This document shows positions 36,693 to 46,776 of a DNA stretch of 64,000 nt, in pieces (position 1 is the first letter of the stretch; every line of letters starts with the position of its first letter). The stretch lies in assembly GCA_018664825.1 (NCBI GenBank), contig JABJNO010000017.1:50743-114742 (forward strand), in the 5' to 3' direction. Below the pieces are notes generated by a model. It was not told the origin of the DNA. It made no database searches and saw only the letters and a list, made by a program, of their open reading frames with translations. This DNA comes from Candidatus Parcubacteria bacterium (lineage in GTDB: Bacteria > Patescibacteriota > Patescibacteriia > UBA1558 > GWA2-36-10). Position numbers and translations under genes: made by a program.

Positions 36693-38265
36693 TTTTAAAT
36701 AATAATAATACCTTTTTCAACTTAGTACGCACTATAGCTATTTCATCGAGTTTAAATACTATAGCTAAAACAAGATAACTTAGCAAGCCAAATATTCCAG
36801 CTACAAAACCTTGGGTAAAGATGCTTATAAAAGTATCAGTGGTCATTACCAGAGATAGATAATATAAAACTGCATAAGTGACAGAACCTGAAGCAAAGGA
36901 GAACACGCAGATTTTTATCAGAGAGTTAAAAATTTTATTGTTATCAATAGTTTTTATTTTGAAATTTAAGAATACATACAATAAAAGCATATTTATAATA
37001 CTAGATATAGAGAAAGCTAGGGCTAATCCCAAAACACCAAAAGTCTGAGCCAAGAGCCAAGATAATAATATATTTAAAGATATACTAAATAGACTTATCA
37101 TCATTGGTGTTTTTGTATCTTCGTGAGCATAAAAAGATCGAGCTAGTAAGGGAATCAAGCCTTGGGCAAATATAGATATAGCAAAAAACCCCAAGGCTTG
37201 TGCTGTAGCTATTGTACTTGGCCAGTCAAATTTTCCACTACCCAGTATGACACGAACCAATTGGGCTCTCAGTATTACTACCCATACAGAGACTGGAATC
37301 AAGAGAAATAAGATTCTGCGTAGGCTGATAGAAAAATTTTCCGCAAACATCTTTGTATTTTTTTCACTGACAGCTTGAGTAAAAGTTGGAAATACAGCGA
37401 TTGCCAAAGAGATTGCAAACAAACTAACAGGTAAGCTCTGTAAGTTGTTGGCTAGATTAAACACAGCAATACTACCAGCTGCCAAAGTAGAAGCAATCAT
37501 AGTAGTAACCACGAGGTTTATTTGACCAGCTGCCAAACCAAGGGTGCGAGGTAACATTAGTTTTAAGATTCGCCGTAAATTTTTGTCAAAACGAAGGGAT
37601 AGCCTATAACGCCATCCATTTTTGATGACTTCCGGAAGTTGAACCAAAAGATGCATCACTGCACCAGCTACAACCCCCCAGGCCAAGCCAACTAAACCCA
37701 TCCTTGGTTCTAGAACTACAATACCAAAAATAATACCTATATTATAAAAACTAGCAGCCATGGAAAAAGTAAAAAACTTTTTCCATGAATTTAAGATACC
37801 ACCAATTACATTTGATCCCACAAAAAACAATATTGCCAAGAGCATCACCCTGGTAAGCAAAATAACCTTTGGTAATTGTTCGTTATCAAAACCAGGGGTG
37901 ATATAAGCCATTAATTGCGGAGTATAGAAGTAAGCTATTATTACTAATGCGCCTATAAATAATAAAAAGAAATTTAAGACTGAATTAGCCAGTATTAGGC
38001 CATCTTTTTTGTCTTTGGACCAAGCTTTTTGAAAAACAGGGATAAAGGCTGAGGTCAAAGCACCTAAAACCAATGTATTGAATATCAAGTCAGGTAGACG
38101 AAAAGCAGAATAATAAATATCTGCATCAGATCCGGCACCAAAGTTGTGAGCAATCAATCTATCTCTCAATAAAGCAAATATCTTTGATAAAAATGAAAAA
38201 AAGGCTATGATAAGAGCCCCTCCGGTAACTGAATTATTTATTTTGTGCCACACTTTTTGCCACAT
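36676..38265 (-). CDS. murJ: Lipid II flippase MurJ
   Basis: SK...LLRDR..A..FGA, AFRLPD, SAFIPVF, R.FYA.EDTKTP. Confidence 0.93.
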   Translation of the reverse strand: MWQKVWHKINNSVTGGALIIAFFSFLSKIFALLRDRLIAHNFGAGSDADIYYSAFRLPDLIFNTLVLGALTSAFIPVFQKAWSKDKKDGLILANSVLNFFLLFIGALVIIAYFYTPQLMAYITPGFDNEQLPKVILLTRVMLLAILFFVGSNVIGGILNSWKKFFTFSMAASFYNIGIIFGIVVLEPRMGLVGLAWGVVAGAVMHLLVQLPEVIKNGWRYRLSLRFDKNLRRILKLMLPRTLGLAAGQINLVVTTMIASTLAAGSIAVFNLANNLQSLPVSLFAISLAIAVFPTFTQAVSEKNTKMFAENFSISLRRILFLLIPVSVWVVILRAQLVRVILGSGKFDWPSTIATAQALGFFAISIFAQGLIPLLARSFYAHEDTKTPMMISLFSISLNILLSWLLAQTFGVLGLALAFSISSIINMLLLYVFLNFKIKTIDNNKIFNSLIKICVFSFASGSVTYAVLYYLSLVMTTDTFISIFTQGFVAGIFGLLSYLVLAIVFKLDEIAIVRTKLKKVLLLFKNGKNT

Positions 38266-38270
38266 AGATA

Positions 38271-40742
38271 TTATTTAGAGGAAATTATAAAACCATAATA
38301 TTGATCGCTAAATAAATTAACACTAAAAGTTACCAAATGATCAGTCACGCTGATTTGATCTTCCTCGGTAGCATTGTTCCATAAGACCTTTAGGCTGTCT
38401 GGTACAATCACCGATGAATTTAGAATTGTATTTTTATCTCCAGATTGAGACTGTACAACTAAACTATAATTATCAAGCTCTAAATCATGTCTAAAAATTT
38501 TACTTGCCCAATCATTTATTAGCGGATCTTTTGATTTGAGAGTAAATGGAAGTTTGTATTTCAATAAGACAGTTTGAGTTTCGCCGGGTTTGAGAGCAAC
38601 CCAGTTGGCGAAAACTGTTTTATCGAGGCTAGTAAAAATTTCTGTCCCTGATTCTCCATCAATCATTTTATTTTCTTCTTTGGAAATATCTGGATCAAGT
38701 TTGGCATTTGCTTCTGGACTTTTAAACAAATAGCTTGGCATTTTATCAAAACCAATAGCTTCTATGAGCTCACTATTTAGAGGGACATAAATTCGCATAT
38801 AACTTACGTTGCCACCCTCAAACCCAGCCAATGGGTTGTTGGAATCACCTTTATTTGTTCTAGTGATACGTACAGTGTTTATAACCTCGCCATTTTCTTG
38901 GATATTGGCCTGATGATCAATAGTTTGGAAAACATCTAGATCAGTTTTACCGCCAGCAATATTTGTGTTTATAACAGACAAATAATCACGATCATTTGCT
39001 ACCATACGACCTGACCAGCCAAAACTGTCAATTTTCTTTTCCATATCAACATCATTGGAATATATTTGGATATCTTTATCCATCAAGCTACTAATAAAAA
39101 CAGCCAAAATATCTTTTTGTTTTTCTTTTGAATTGAATAATTTATCCAAAACAACAGGTACCAAATCAGCGATTATTGCTTTTGGTTCGTCTTCATTTTT
39201 ATAATTGAATTCTACTTCTTCTTGAAGTACATCAAACAAATTTAAAGAGGTTATTGTTATGCCATATTCAGGCATAGAGACGGGGCCTAGGGTTTCTAAC
39301 AAATTTTTCAAAACTTCTGCATTGATACTAATCACTCCATTGACCGAAGAACCACCAGCTTGTTCGTATAGAGTTTCTATTTTTTTGGCAGAAGTAGGAT
39401 AATCAGCCCACCAGTTTGCATCCCAAATATTAAAATGAGGGTTTATCAAAGATAGTGGCTTTGGTCCTATTGTTTTATACTTTTGACCTGCTTCTAGGTC
39501 ATACAAGCCACCTTTTAGGGTTTCAATGTCTAAAATTTCGCCTTTATATATATCAATTAGAGAAAAACTACCAATAAATCCACCAGTTGCTCGAAGCTCG
39601 TTGTTGTTTTGAAATAAAACCAAATATCTTCTTTCAGCATCGTTGCCCAGCATCTGAAGTAACACTTCAAACATGTCATTTACCGAGTGCAGATTTTGAG
39701 TTAGTTCTGGTAGAGAAGCTTTTAGGTTATCAAAATATATTCTAAACTCATCAGGTAAGGCGTTGGTAGATATTTTTTGAATATCTGCATTTGCTTGATC
39801 AAGGTATGGGATGGTCTTGTTTATCTGAATATGTAAAAAATCTATATGCTCTGTCAGACGAGCATCTGATTTTAAACTTTCGTTCAAGATACTAGCAGCT
39901 TCTGATATATTTGTAGCTACTGCTAGCATGTTGCGACTCAGAGAAATTGGTTTTCCAACCATTGGCATGACTTCGGCAGTATCAAGTATCCATTGTTCGT
40001 ATTCATCTAGGACACCCTGAGCATCGTTAAAATTTGTAAGCGCTTTATCAAATTCACCCTGAGCATCATCATATGAATTTTCAGAAGCAGACAAAACACC
40101 AGCCTGCAAACTGAGTAATCCCTGTTGGCCGTATTGGATGGCTAGATTTTTGTGATCTTGGATTTTTCCAAAAAATACTAATCCTCGAATTGGTAACAAA
40201 ATCAAAGCTACTATGATAGCAAATAAAAATGACTTACTAAAAGCCAAACCAAGAGAAAGCTTTGGTAGTTTGGGTAATTTTGGAATTTTTAGGTTTATAG
40301 ACTTTTTAGGTTTGGATTCTTTTGGTGGTATATATAGTTCAGGTTCAATAAAATTTGTCTCTACTTTTTCCTTCTTTGAATGCTTTCCAAATTTAGGTAG
40401 TTGAAATTTCTTTTTTGGTTTTTGTTGAGACCCACGTAGATCAACTACATGTTCAGAAGTATAAACATTGGCGGCCTTGGTATACTCTACTGGAGGGGAT
40501 ATCTTTTTTATTTTTTGAGTAGTCTTTAAAGTATCTTTTGTGTCTTTTTTTATGGTTCGTAATATTTGAGAAAAACTCAAATCCTGCTTGATTAGTTTAT
40601 CAAGTTCAGCCAAAGCTTTTTGTCTCTGCCCCTTAATCTCTTGAGCTGATAAATTTTCATCAACCAAAAAATCGTCTATTTCATCTAGAAGCTCTTCTTT
40701 GAAATTAGCAGTACTATTTTTGATTTTTTTACCTGTCGACAT
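38271..40742 (-). CDS. DUF4012-type membrane-anchored protein
   Basis: YLVLFQNNNELRATGGFIGS, DANW..DYP.SA, NTNIAGGKTD. Confidence 0.82.
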   Translation of the reverse strand: MSTGKKIKNSTANFKEELLDEIDDFLVDENLSAQEIKGQRQKALAELDKLIKQDLSFSQILRTIKKDTKDTLKTTQKIKKISPPVEYTKAANVYTSEHVVDLRGSQQKPKKKFQLPKFGKHSKKEKVETNFIEPELYIPPKESKPKKSINLKIPKLPKLPKLSLGLAFSKSFLFAIIVALILLPIRGLVFFGKIQDHKNLAIQYGQQGLLSLQAGVLSASENSYDDAQGEFDKALTNFNDAQGVLDEYEQWILDTAEVMPMVGKPISLSRNMLAVATNISEAASILNESLKSDARLTEHIDFLHIQINKTIPYLDQANADIQKISTNALPDEFRIYFDNLKASLPELTQNLHSVNDMFEVLLQMLGNDAERRYLVLFQNNNELRATGGFIGSFSLIDIYKGEILDIETLKGGLYDLEAGQKYKTIGPKPLSLINPHFNIWDANWWADYPTSAKKIETLYEQAGGSSVNGVISINAEVLKNLLETLGPVSMPEYGITITSLNLFDVLQEEVEFNYKNEDEPKAIIADLVPVVLDKLFNSKEKQKDILAVFISSLMDKDIQIYSNDVDMEKKIDSFGWSGRMVANDRDYLSVINTNIAGGKTDLDVFQTIDHQANIQENGEVINTVRITRTNKGDSNNPLAGFEGGNVSYMRIYVPLNSELIEAIGFDKMPSYLFKSPEANAKLDPDISKEENKMIDGESGTEIFTSLDKTVFANWVALKPGETQTVLLKYKLPFTLKSKDPLINDWASKIFRHDLELDNYSLVVQSQSGDKNTILNSSVIVPDSLKVLWNNATEEDQISVTDHLVTFSVNLFSDQYYGFIISSK

Positions 40743-40779
40743 CTCGTATATTATAACAGATTTTTACAGAAATTAAAAC

Positions 40780-40812
40780 AAAAAAATAGAGGGATACATT
40801 GCTGTACCCCTC
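40780..40812 (-). terminator. Intrinsic terminator of the ncRNA
   Basis: Minus strand GAGGGGTACA-GCAA-TGTATCCCTC-TATTTTTTT. Confidence 0.85.
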
Positions 40813-41066
40813 CGTGAATGATTGATCTTTGACGATCGAACGAAATGGAATGAACTTTTGTGGAAAAATCGTGAAACTGAGCACCTTGCCAGTCTCCCGC
40901 CTATGGGGAGGAAAAGGATCGAACTTTTCGGCGCTTTGGGGAGCCAACCCAACAGATAGTCCAAAGACTAATTAGCCAGCACACTAGCCGTTTCTCCGAT
41001 ACAGGTCAACGGTTTCCGGTTGCCTACAGTAACCCACCCTTATTCACCCACGACTTCAGATAGGTT
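40780..41066 (-). ncRNA. Unassigned structured ncRNA, about 285 nt
   Basis: Own promoter and terminator, GC-rich, multiple hairpins including a T-loop arm, no credible ORF. Confidence 0.7.
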
Positions 41067-41072
41067 AATCTA

Positions 41073-41101
41073 ATACTAGCGTATATTAAAAAAATCGTCA
41101 A
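41073..41101 (-). promoter_or_regulatory. Sigma70 promoter of the ncRNA
   Basis: TTGACG-N17-TAGTAT. Confidence 0.7.
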
Positions 41102-42193
41102 TTACTTTTGTGAGTTATATATGTCCAATATAGCCCTTCCCATGGTGTCCCAAGAGTATTTTTTTAGCTGATTTTGGCCATTTTTTGCCAATATTTCAGC
41201 TAATTCAGGGGTTTTTATGAGCTCTTCTAGCTTATTCTGTAGATCTCCCTTATCTTTGGGGTCAAAATATAGCACAGATTGCCCCAATATCTCTGGTAAA
41301 CAAGAAGAATTTGAGGAAATTACAGGTGTACCATGGGTCATTGCCTCGAGTGGTGGCAATCCAAAACCTTCATAGAGTGAAGGGAAGACATAGGCAGTGG
41401 CATTTTTATAATAGCTAGAGATTTGATCATCTGGAACAAATCCAGGAAAAATTATATTTTGACAATTCGTTTCATTTTCTAATCTTTGATAAAAATAATT
41501 TTTATTACCAACCAAAATCAGATAGTACTCTGGATATTTTTTTATGAACTCCTCAAAAACTTTTATCAAGAATTCTAAATTTTTATGAGGATAAGCATTG
41601 CCTACATAAAGAAAGTAATTTTTTGGCAGGTCTACCATAGCATCATCAGAAGTTTTTACTATAGTGACGCCTTCATAAATAGTTTTTATTTTTTCAGACT
41701 CTTTATCTGAAAGTTTAAAATAATTTTTGATATCAGTTGCGGTAAATTTTGAAACAGCAATTATTTTTGTAGATTTTTTGACAGCATAAGTAATCACTTT
41801 TTTGTAAAACCAATATTTGATAAAAAAGAAATATTTATTTAGAGTACTTGCTCGCTTGCTGGGAAATTTTGTCATTATCAAGTCATGGATAGTAACGATA
41901 AATTTTCCTTTATAAAATATCGGTACATTGAAATGAGGAAAATGGACCAAGTCAGCATTTATTTTATTCAAGATCCCCGGTAAAACAAGTTGTTCTTTGA
42001 TGCTGTACCAACGACAGTCTACTATCTCAACAGCAAAATTATTCGGCAAATCTATCTTTGGGTTTTTTCTAAACAACAAAACATATTGATTTTGTGAATC
42101 AAGTTTTATGAGTTGGTCCAAAAGTTGTTGGTTGTACCTGCCTAAGCCACCATACTTTGGTCCGTATATTCGTAAATCAATAACAATCTTCAT
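41102..42193 (-). CDS. GT4 glycosyltransferase
   Basis: TIHDL, YVGN..PHKN, PSLYEGFGLPPLEAM. Confidence 0.92.
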   Translation of the reverse strand: MKIVIDLRIYGPKYGGLGRYNQQLLDQLIKLDSQNQYVLLFRKNPKIDLPNNFAVEIVDCRWYSIKEQLVLPGILNKINADLVHFPHFNVPIFYKGKFIVTIHDLIMTKFPSKRASTLNKYFFFIKYWFYKKVITYAVKKSTKIIAVSKFTATDIKNYFKLSDKESEKIKTIYEGVTIVKTSDDAMVDLPKNYFLYVGNAYPHKNLEFLIKVFEEFIKKYPEYYLILVGNKNYFYQRLENETNCQNIIFPGFVPDDQISSYYKNATAYVFPSLYEGFGLPPLEAMTHGTPVISSNSSCLPEILGQSVLYFDPKDKGDLQNKLEELIKTPELAEILAKNGQNQLKKYSWDTMGRAILDIYNSQK

Positions 42194-43311
42194 TTAGTTG
42201 TATTTTCAAAAATATTAAGTATTTTTTGAGTCTGTTTGGTCCAATTGGGTATTTCAAATTCTTTTGAGGACTCTATCAAGTCTTTTTTTAATGTATCATC
42301 ACAAACAAGTAATTTCAAGGCTTGATAGGTATCGGAAGTATTATAAGGATCAACATACAGTGCTTGCTGTTTCATTATTTCAGGCAAAGAGGTCTTGTAA
42401 CTTGCTATTACTGGTATTCCATGAAAAGTAGCTTCTAGTGGTGGAAAACCAAAGCCTTCATAAAAAGATGGCCAAATCAGTCCTTGGCTCATACAATACA
42501 AGGCGTCTTTTTCAGAACCTCTTACATAATCAAGATAATGAATATAACTTTTGGTATTTATCATCTTCATAATACCTTTGTATAACCATCCCTTACTACC
42601 AACAATTACCAGGTCAATGTCTTTGTGTTCTTTGTGTAGTCTATCAAAAGCTTTGATAATGTTCAAAATATTCTTTCTAGGCTCTATGGTACCCACGTAT
42701 AAAAAATATTTATTCTTTATATCAAATTTTTCAATAATTTTTTCAGCGGCTTCTTTATCTATTTTTGTGGCTGATGTTCCAGGATAAATTACTTCTACCT
42801 TGTCTTTTGGTACAGAAAAAAATCTTACAATATCTCTTTTTGTATTATCAGAAACAGCGATTATTTTGTCAGCCTGTTTGACCAGGCTATGTACTTTGAC
42901 CAACTTGTGCCAAAGTCTACGTTTTAGAGAATAAAATTCAGTGTTATGCAAAAAAGATAAGTCATGAATAGTTAGTATGGTGGGTATGTTTTTGTTGGAT
43001 TTATAAAAATTGAGGTTTGGCAACCAAAATAAATCTAGCTTTACTGGTGTTTTATTTGTAACATTGGGCCCAAGACCAGTCAAAATACCTCCATGCAAAA
43101 ATTTGTTGGGTATTTTGTAGTGAATATGATGCACATTGTCTTTTTTGATATCAAACCAAGTGCTAACGGTATCTCTATATCCAGAACTAAAAAGATAATA
43201 ATTATTTCTATTATCAATTTGTGCCAAAGTTTTTACAGAATTATAAATATAATTACCAATTCCACTCATTTGGCTATTTGATAAAGCCCTGATGTCGATA
43301 CCTATATTCAT
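42190..43311 (-). CDS. GT4 glycosyltransferase
   Basis: TIHDLSF, GTIEPRKN, PSFYEGFGFPPLEA. Confidence 0.92.
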   Translation of the reverse strand: MNIGIDIRALSNSQMSGIGNYIYNSVKTLAQIDNRNNYYLFSSGYRDTVSTWFDIKKDNVHHIHYKIPNKFLHGGILTGLGPNVTNKTPVKLDLFWLPNLNFYKSNKNIPTILTIHDLSFLHNTEFYSLKRRLWHKLVKVHSLVKQADKIIAVSDNTKRDIVRFFSVPKDKVEVIYPGTSATKIDKEAAEKIIEKFDIKNKYFLYVGTIEPRKNILNIIKAFDRLHKEHKDIDLVIVGSKGWLYKGIMKMINTKSYIHYLDYVRGSEKDALYCMSQGLIWPSFYEGFGFPPLEATFHGIPVIASYKTSLPEIMKQQALYVDPYNTSDTYQALKLLVCDDTLKKDLIESSKEFEIPNWTKQTQKILNIFENTTK

Positions 43312-43316
43312 CCTTA

Positions 43317-44399
43317 TTAAATATTATTTATAAGTTCTAATACTTTTTGCCTAAACACTTTTTCATCAAATTTTTTGGCGTGTTCACGAATGTTAATAGA
43401 ATTATAATTTTTATTATCAAATCTCAAAATTTTGTGAGCCAATGATTCCCAGGTCTGTTCATCAAAAAAAGTACCACTCAATCCCTCAACCACAGTTTCT
43501 AGGGCTCCACCTTTTTTCAAAGCTATTACTGGCCTACCAGAAGCCATGGCCTCGATGGCAGTGATGCCAAAATCTTCTATTTGTGGATATATAAAAGCTT
43601 TGCAACGAGCAAGGTATCGGTTTCTTTCTTCGTCTGATATTTCACCCAAAAATTCTATATTAGAATGAGCTAGTTTTTTTAATCTGCTCATTTCAGAGCC
43701 ACTACCTATTATCTTGAGTGGAAGTTTTAGATTGTTGAATGCATGGATAGCCATATCAACTTTTTTGTACGGCCTCAAACGACTGACCAACAAATAATAG
43801 TCCTCTATTTCATTAGAAATATGAAAATCATCTACATTAACGGGTGGATATATTACCTGGGCATCTTTTTTGTAATGTTTGGCTATCTTTTTGGCAATAA
43901 AATTTGAGTTGGCAATAAAATGATCCACATTTTGGGCTTTGTCATAATCCCATTGTTGTAATCTATCTAATAAACGAGGTAAAAAAGTTTTCAAAAACTT
44001 TCCCTCTGGCAAATTACCGATATATTCTTCTTGATCATCCCAAAGATATCTAGTTGGAGCATGGCAATAACATATATGGACAGCGCCTTCTTTTTTGTTT
44101 AGACCTTTTACAAAAGCAGACGAAGAACTAATAATCAGATCGTAGTCATCAAAATTTATCGCTTCCCAAGCTTTGGGCATAGATAACAAAAAATATCTAA
44201 ACATTTTGTTGATTAACGGGATTTTTTGAAGGTAAGAAGTGTATATTTTGTCCTGATCCAAAATTTGTTTGGTAATCTTTGGATTGTTTATCAATGTAAA
44301 AATAGGTGCTGTTTTGTCTAAAGATGCCAATACAACCAAGACTCTTTCTGCACCACCAATTTGAAACAAATGATCATGAGCAAGGGCAATTTTTTGCAT
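43317..44399 (-). CDS. GT4 glycosyltransferase
   Basis: GGAERV, CYCHAP.RY.WD, EDFGI.AIEAMASG. Confidence 0.9.
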   Translation of the reverse strand: MQKIALAHDHLFQIGGAERVLVVLASLDKTAPIFTLINNPKITKQILDQDKIYTSYLQKIPLINKMFRYFLLSMPKAWEAINFDDYDLIISSSSAFVKGLNKKEGAVHICYCHAPTRYLWDDQEEYIGNLPEGKFLKTFLPRLLDRLQQWDYDKAQNVDHFIANSNFIAKKIAKHYKKDAQVIYPPVNVDDFHISNEIEDYYLLVSRLRPYKKVDMAIHAFNNLKLPLKIIGSGSEMSRLKKLAHSNIEFLGEISDEERNRYLARCKAFIYPQIEDFGITAIEAMASGRPVIALKKGGALETVVEGLSGTFFDEQTWESLAHKILRFDNKNYNSINIREHAKKFDEKVFRQKVLELINNI

Positions 44400-44400
44400 A

Positions 44401-45789
44401 TTATGTTTGATCATCACTAAGCATTGCTCTTGGAGTTTTGATTAAAATAATCATATCCAAAAGCAGTGACCAATTTTCAATATAAAATATATCTAGTTTA
44501 GCTTCTTCGGCAAAAAGTAAGTTGGCCCTACCTGATACTTGAGCCATACCGGTCATACCAGGTTTGATAGTCAAGAGTTTTTTATAACCCTTTTGATAAC
44601 GAGAGACTTCTTCTGGCTCATGTGGACGTGGCCCAACTAGGCTCATATTGCCTATTATGACGTTGAATAGCTGAGGTAACTCATCAAGAGAGGTTTTGCG
44701 TAGCCAACGACCAGCTTTTGTGACACGAGGGTCATTTTTTATTTTAAACAAAGGTCCGTCAGTGCGTTCATTTTGAGCCATGATGTCAGCTTTTAGCTTT
44801 TGAGCATCTTTGACCATAGAACGGAACTTGTACATTGTAAATATCCTACCCTTTCTACCTACACGAGACATTTTTACAAACACAGGACCTCTTGTGTCAG
44901 TTTTTATGAATATTGCAATCAAAATAAACAAAGGTGATAAAACTATAGTCAATAAAATAGAAACTATAATATCAAAAGTCCGCTTGGCAACTCGTCGCCA
45001 ACCATCAAGTGGTGTGCCTTGGATTTCTATGATTGGGATTCCGGCAATACTGTTGAGATCAATATTTAGATTTTGAGCTTGAAAAAGATTGGCTACATAA
45101 CGAAGAGTGATTTGATTTTCCTGACAAAAGGTAAGTAGGTTTAGAGCGTTATCTTTGTTGATTGAAGAATCAGATTGAAATATATTGTCTATTTCCTTTT
45201 CTTCAATCATTTGCATTGCTCCGGGATGACTCTGTAGTTGTTCTAGTGTTTCAAATTCATCTATTACTTTGAAACCTAGTTTTGGACGAGTATTATAATT
45301 TTCTACAATAATTTTTCGAGCAGACTCAGGACCTAGTACTATCACCCTAGCTAGACCTTTTCCTTTTTTTAAAAATAAATTTCTAACGGCGAAAACAAAT
45401 ATTCTAGATGTAAAGATATAAATAATACCAAGAGCCCAACTCAATATAATAATAAAACGGGAAGAAAATAATTCTCTTTGCCAAAATATAGCTAGCACAA
45501 TAAAAATAAGCAGAGTAGAAACTCCTGTGATTATCTGAGGCAATTCTCGGGCTAGTTTTTTGGTCTTCATAGTATAAAAACCAGATATAGCAAAAACAAT
45601 AATGGCGAATACAGCAATTTTTAAAATTAAAATTAAATACTCATCATAAGGCATTTCATAAAAAACAGGCCTCATATTGCTAATAAAATCAGAGAAACGC
45701 AAAAAATAGGCTGATATCCCAGCTAGGATTACCAGTCCAAAGTCTATAAAAACCAATGAAATATTGGTAATAAAATCGGCCTTTTTCAT
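44401..45789 (-). CDS. Priming polyprenyl-phosphate sugar phosphotransferase (WcaJ-like)
   Basis: KRTFD, YKFRSM, DPRVT, SLDELPQ, SLVGPRP, KPGMTG.AQV. Confidence 0.92.
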   Translation of the reverse strand: MKKADFITNISLVFIDFGLVILAGISAYFLRFSDFISNMRPVFYEMPYDEYLILILKIAVFAIIVFAISGFYTMKTKKLARELPQIITGVSTLLIFIVLAIFWQRELFSSRFIIILSWALGIIYIFTSRIFVFAVRNLFLKKGKGLARVIVLGPESARKIIVENYNTRPKLGFKVIDEFETLEQLQSHPGAMQMIEEKEIDNIFQSDSSINKDNALNLLTFCQENQITLRYVANLFQAQNLNIDLNSIAGIPIIEIQGTPLDGWRRVAKRTFDIIVSILLTIVLSPLFILIAIFIKTDTRGPVFVKMSRVGRKGRIFTMYKFRSMVKDAQKLKADIMAQNERTDGPLFKIKNDPRVTKAGRWLRKTSLDELPQLFNVIIGNMSLVGPRPHEPEEVSRYQKGYKKLLTIKPGMTGMAQVSGRANLLFAEEAKLDIFYIENWSLLLDMIILIKTPRAMLSDDQT

Positions 45790-45830
45790 ATATAAATAGT
45801 ACCATATTATCAAATTTTAGCAATAAAAAA

Positions 45831-46178
45831 AGGCTTAAAACCTAATAAGCCGAATTCTGTACCCCGAAGGGCGGTAATCATCTATCTAGGATGTGTATTG
45901 CTACACATCTCAAGCAACCTACCCGTTCCATAAAGGAACCAACTTGGTCTTGCACCTAATAAAAGTTTACCTCTTTCGGTATGTCACCATACTGACGCGT
46001 TAGCTAATTATCTAACGTTTTCACCCTTATCCGCAAGCGGAAGGAATATTCTCTGTTGCACTTGTTCTATTACTAGCTCACACTAGCAACGGTTGGCGTT
46101 ACCAACTATCATTTAATGGTGTTCGGACTTTCCTCTCCCTGAGTAAACTCAGGCAGCGATTACCTTGGTTTTAAGCCT
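45831..46178 (-). ncRNA. rnpB: RNase P RNA
   Basis: Minus strand GAGGAAAGTCCGAACAC ... ACAGAATTCGGCTTAT; terminal P1 helix AGGCTTAAAACC/GGTTTTAAGCCT; TTGACA promoter at 46215. Confidence 0.95.
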
Positions 46179-46215
46179 TATGCATATATATACCATATTT
46201 ATGATATTTTGTCAA

Positions 46216-46773
46216 CTATTTAGCTATTATTATTCTACCCCTAACTTGTCCATTACGTTCCAATTCCATGATCTTGTCTTCGGTAATTTTTTGGTATGAA
46301 TCAGGATTAAGATAGACGTCTCCTTCAATTACAATATTTTTAAAAAACATAGCTGGGTCAATATCACGATCTTTTAAAAATAAATCTCCCTTTAGTCGCA
46401 CCTCCATAAAAGATGAATCTTTTAGGCCCAGTTTATCTTGATTGGTAAACGCAAAGGCATTTAATTCTGAATAACTATCATCTATTGTTAATTTAAACAT
46501 GTGTCCACCTGGTTTTGCAAATCTAATATATTCCCCAGTATCAATACCTCCATAATTTTTGGAAACAATCTTTTGTATTTGCATATGTTTAACACGAGCA
46601 TTGACTTCATGCACTACAATATAAAAATTAGTTAGATTACTTTTAATTTCATAACTCATTTTACGGATATTTTCTCTAGTAAATTCATCGTTATAAAAAC
46701 TAGACATCTTTTCGAGGTAAGTTTGTAACTTTTGATAGAGTTGTTTTAATTTTGGGCAATGTTGTTTATCCAT
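46216..46773 (-). CDS. Array member 9 (Cys-helix, degenerate LRR, cap)
   Basis: MDKQHCPKLKQLY...NIVIEGDVYL...ELERNGQVRGRII. Confidence 0.7.
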   Translation of the reverse strand: MDKQHCPKLKQLYQKLQTYLEKMSSFYNDEFTRENIRKMSYEIKSNLTNFYIVVHEVNARVKHMQIQKIVSKNYGGIDTGEYIRFAKPGGHMFKLTIDDSYSELNAFAFTNQDKLGLKDSSFMEVRLKGDLFLKDRDIDPAMFFKNIVIEGDVYLNPDSYQKITEDKIMELERNGQVRGRIIIAK

Positions 46774-46776
46774 AAA

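Noticed and set aside
40729-40964. 63-72 aa ORFs in the ncRNA region
   Set aside because: Weak starts, they cross the terminator and have no protein-like features; the RNA structure explains the region better
40780-41066. tmRNA, tRNA or SRP identity for the ncRNA
   Set aside because: No GGGG...CCACCA acceptor, the T-arm is not followed by a full acceptor strand, and there is no SRP helix-8 motif
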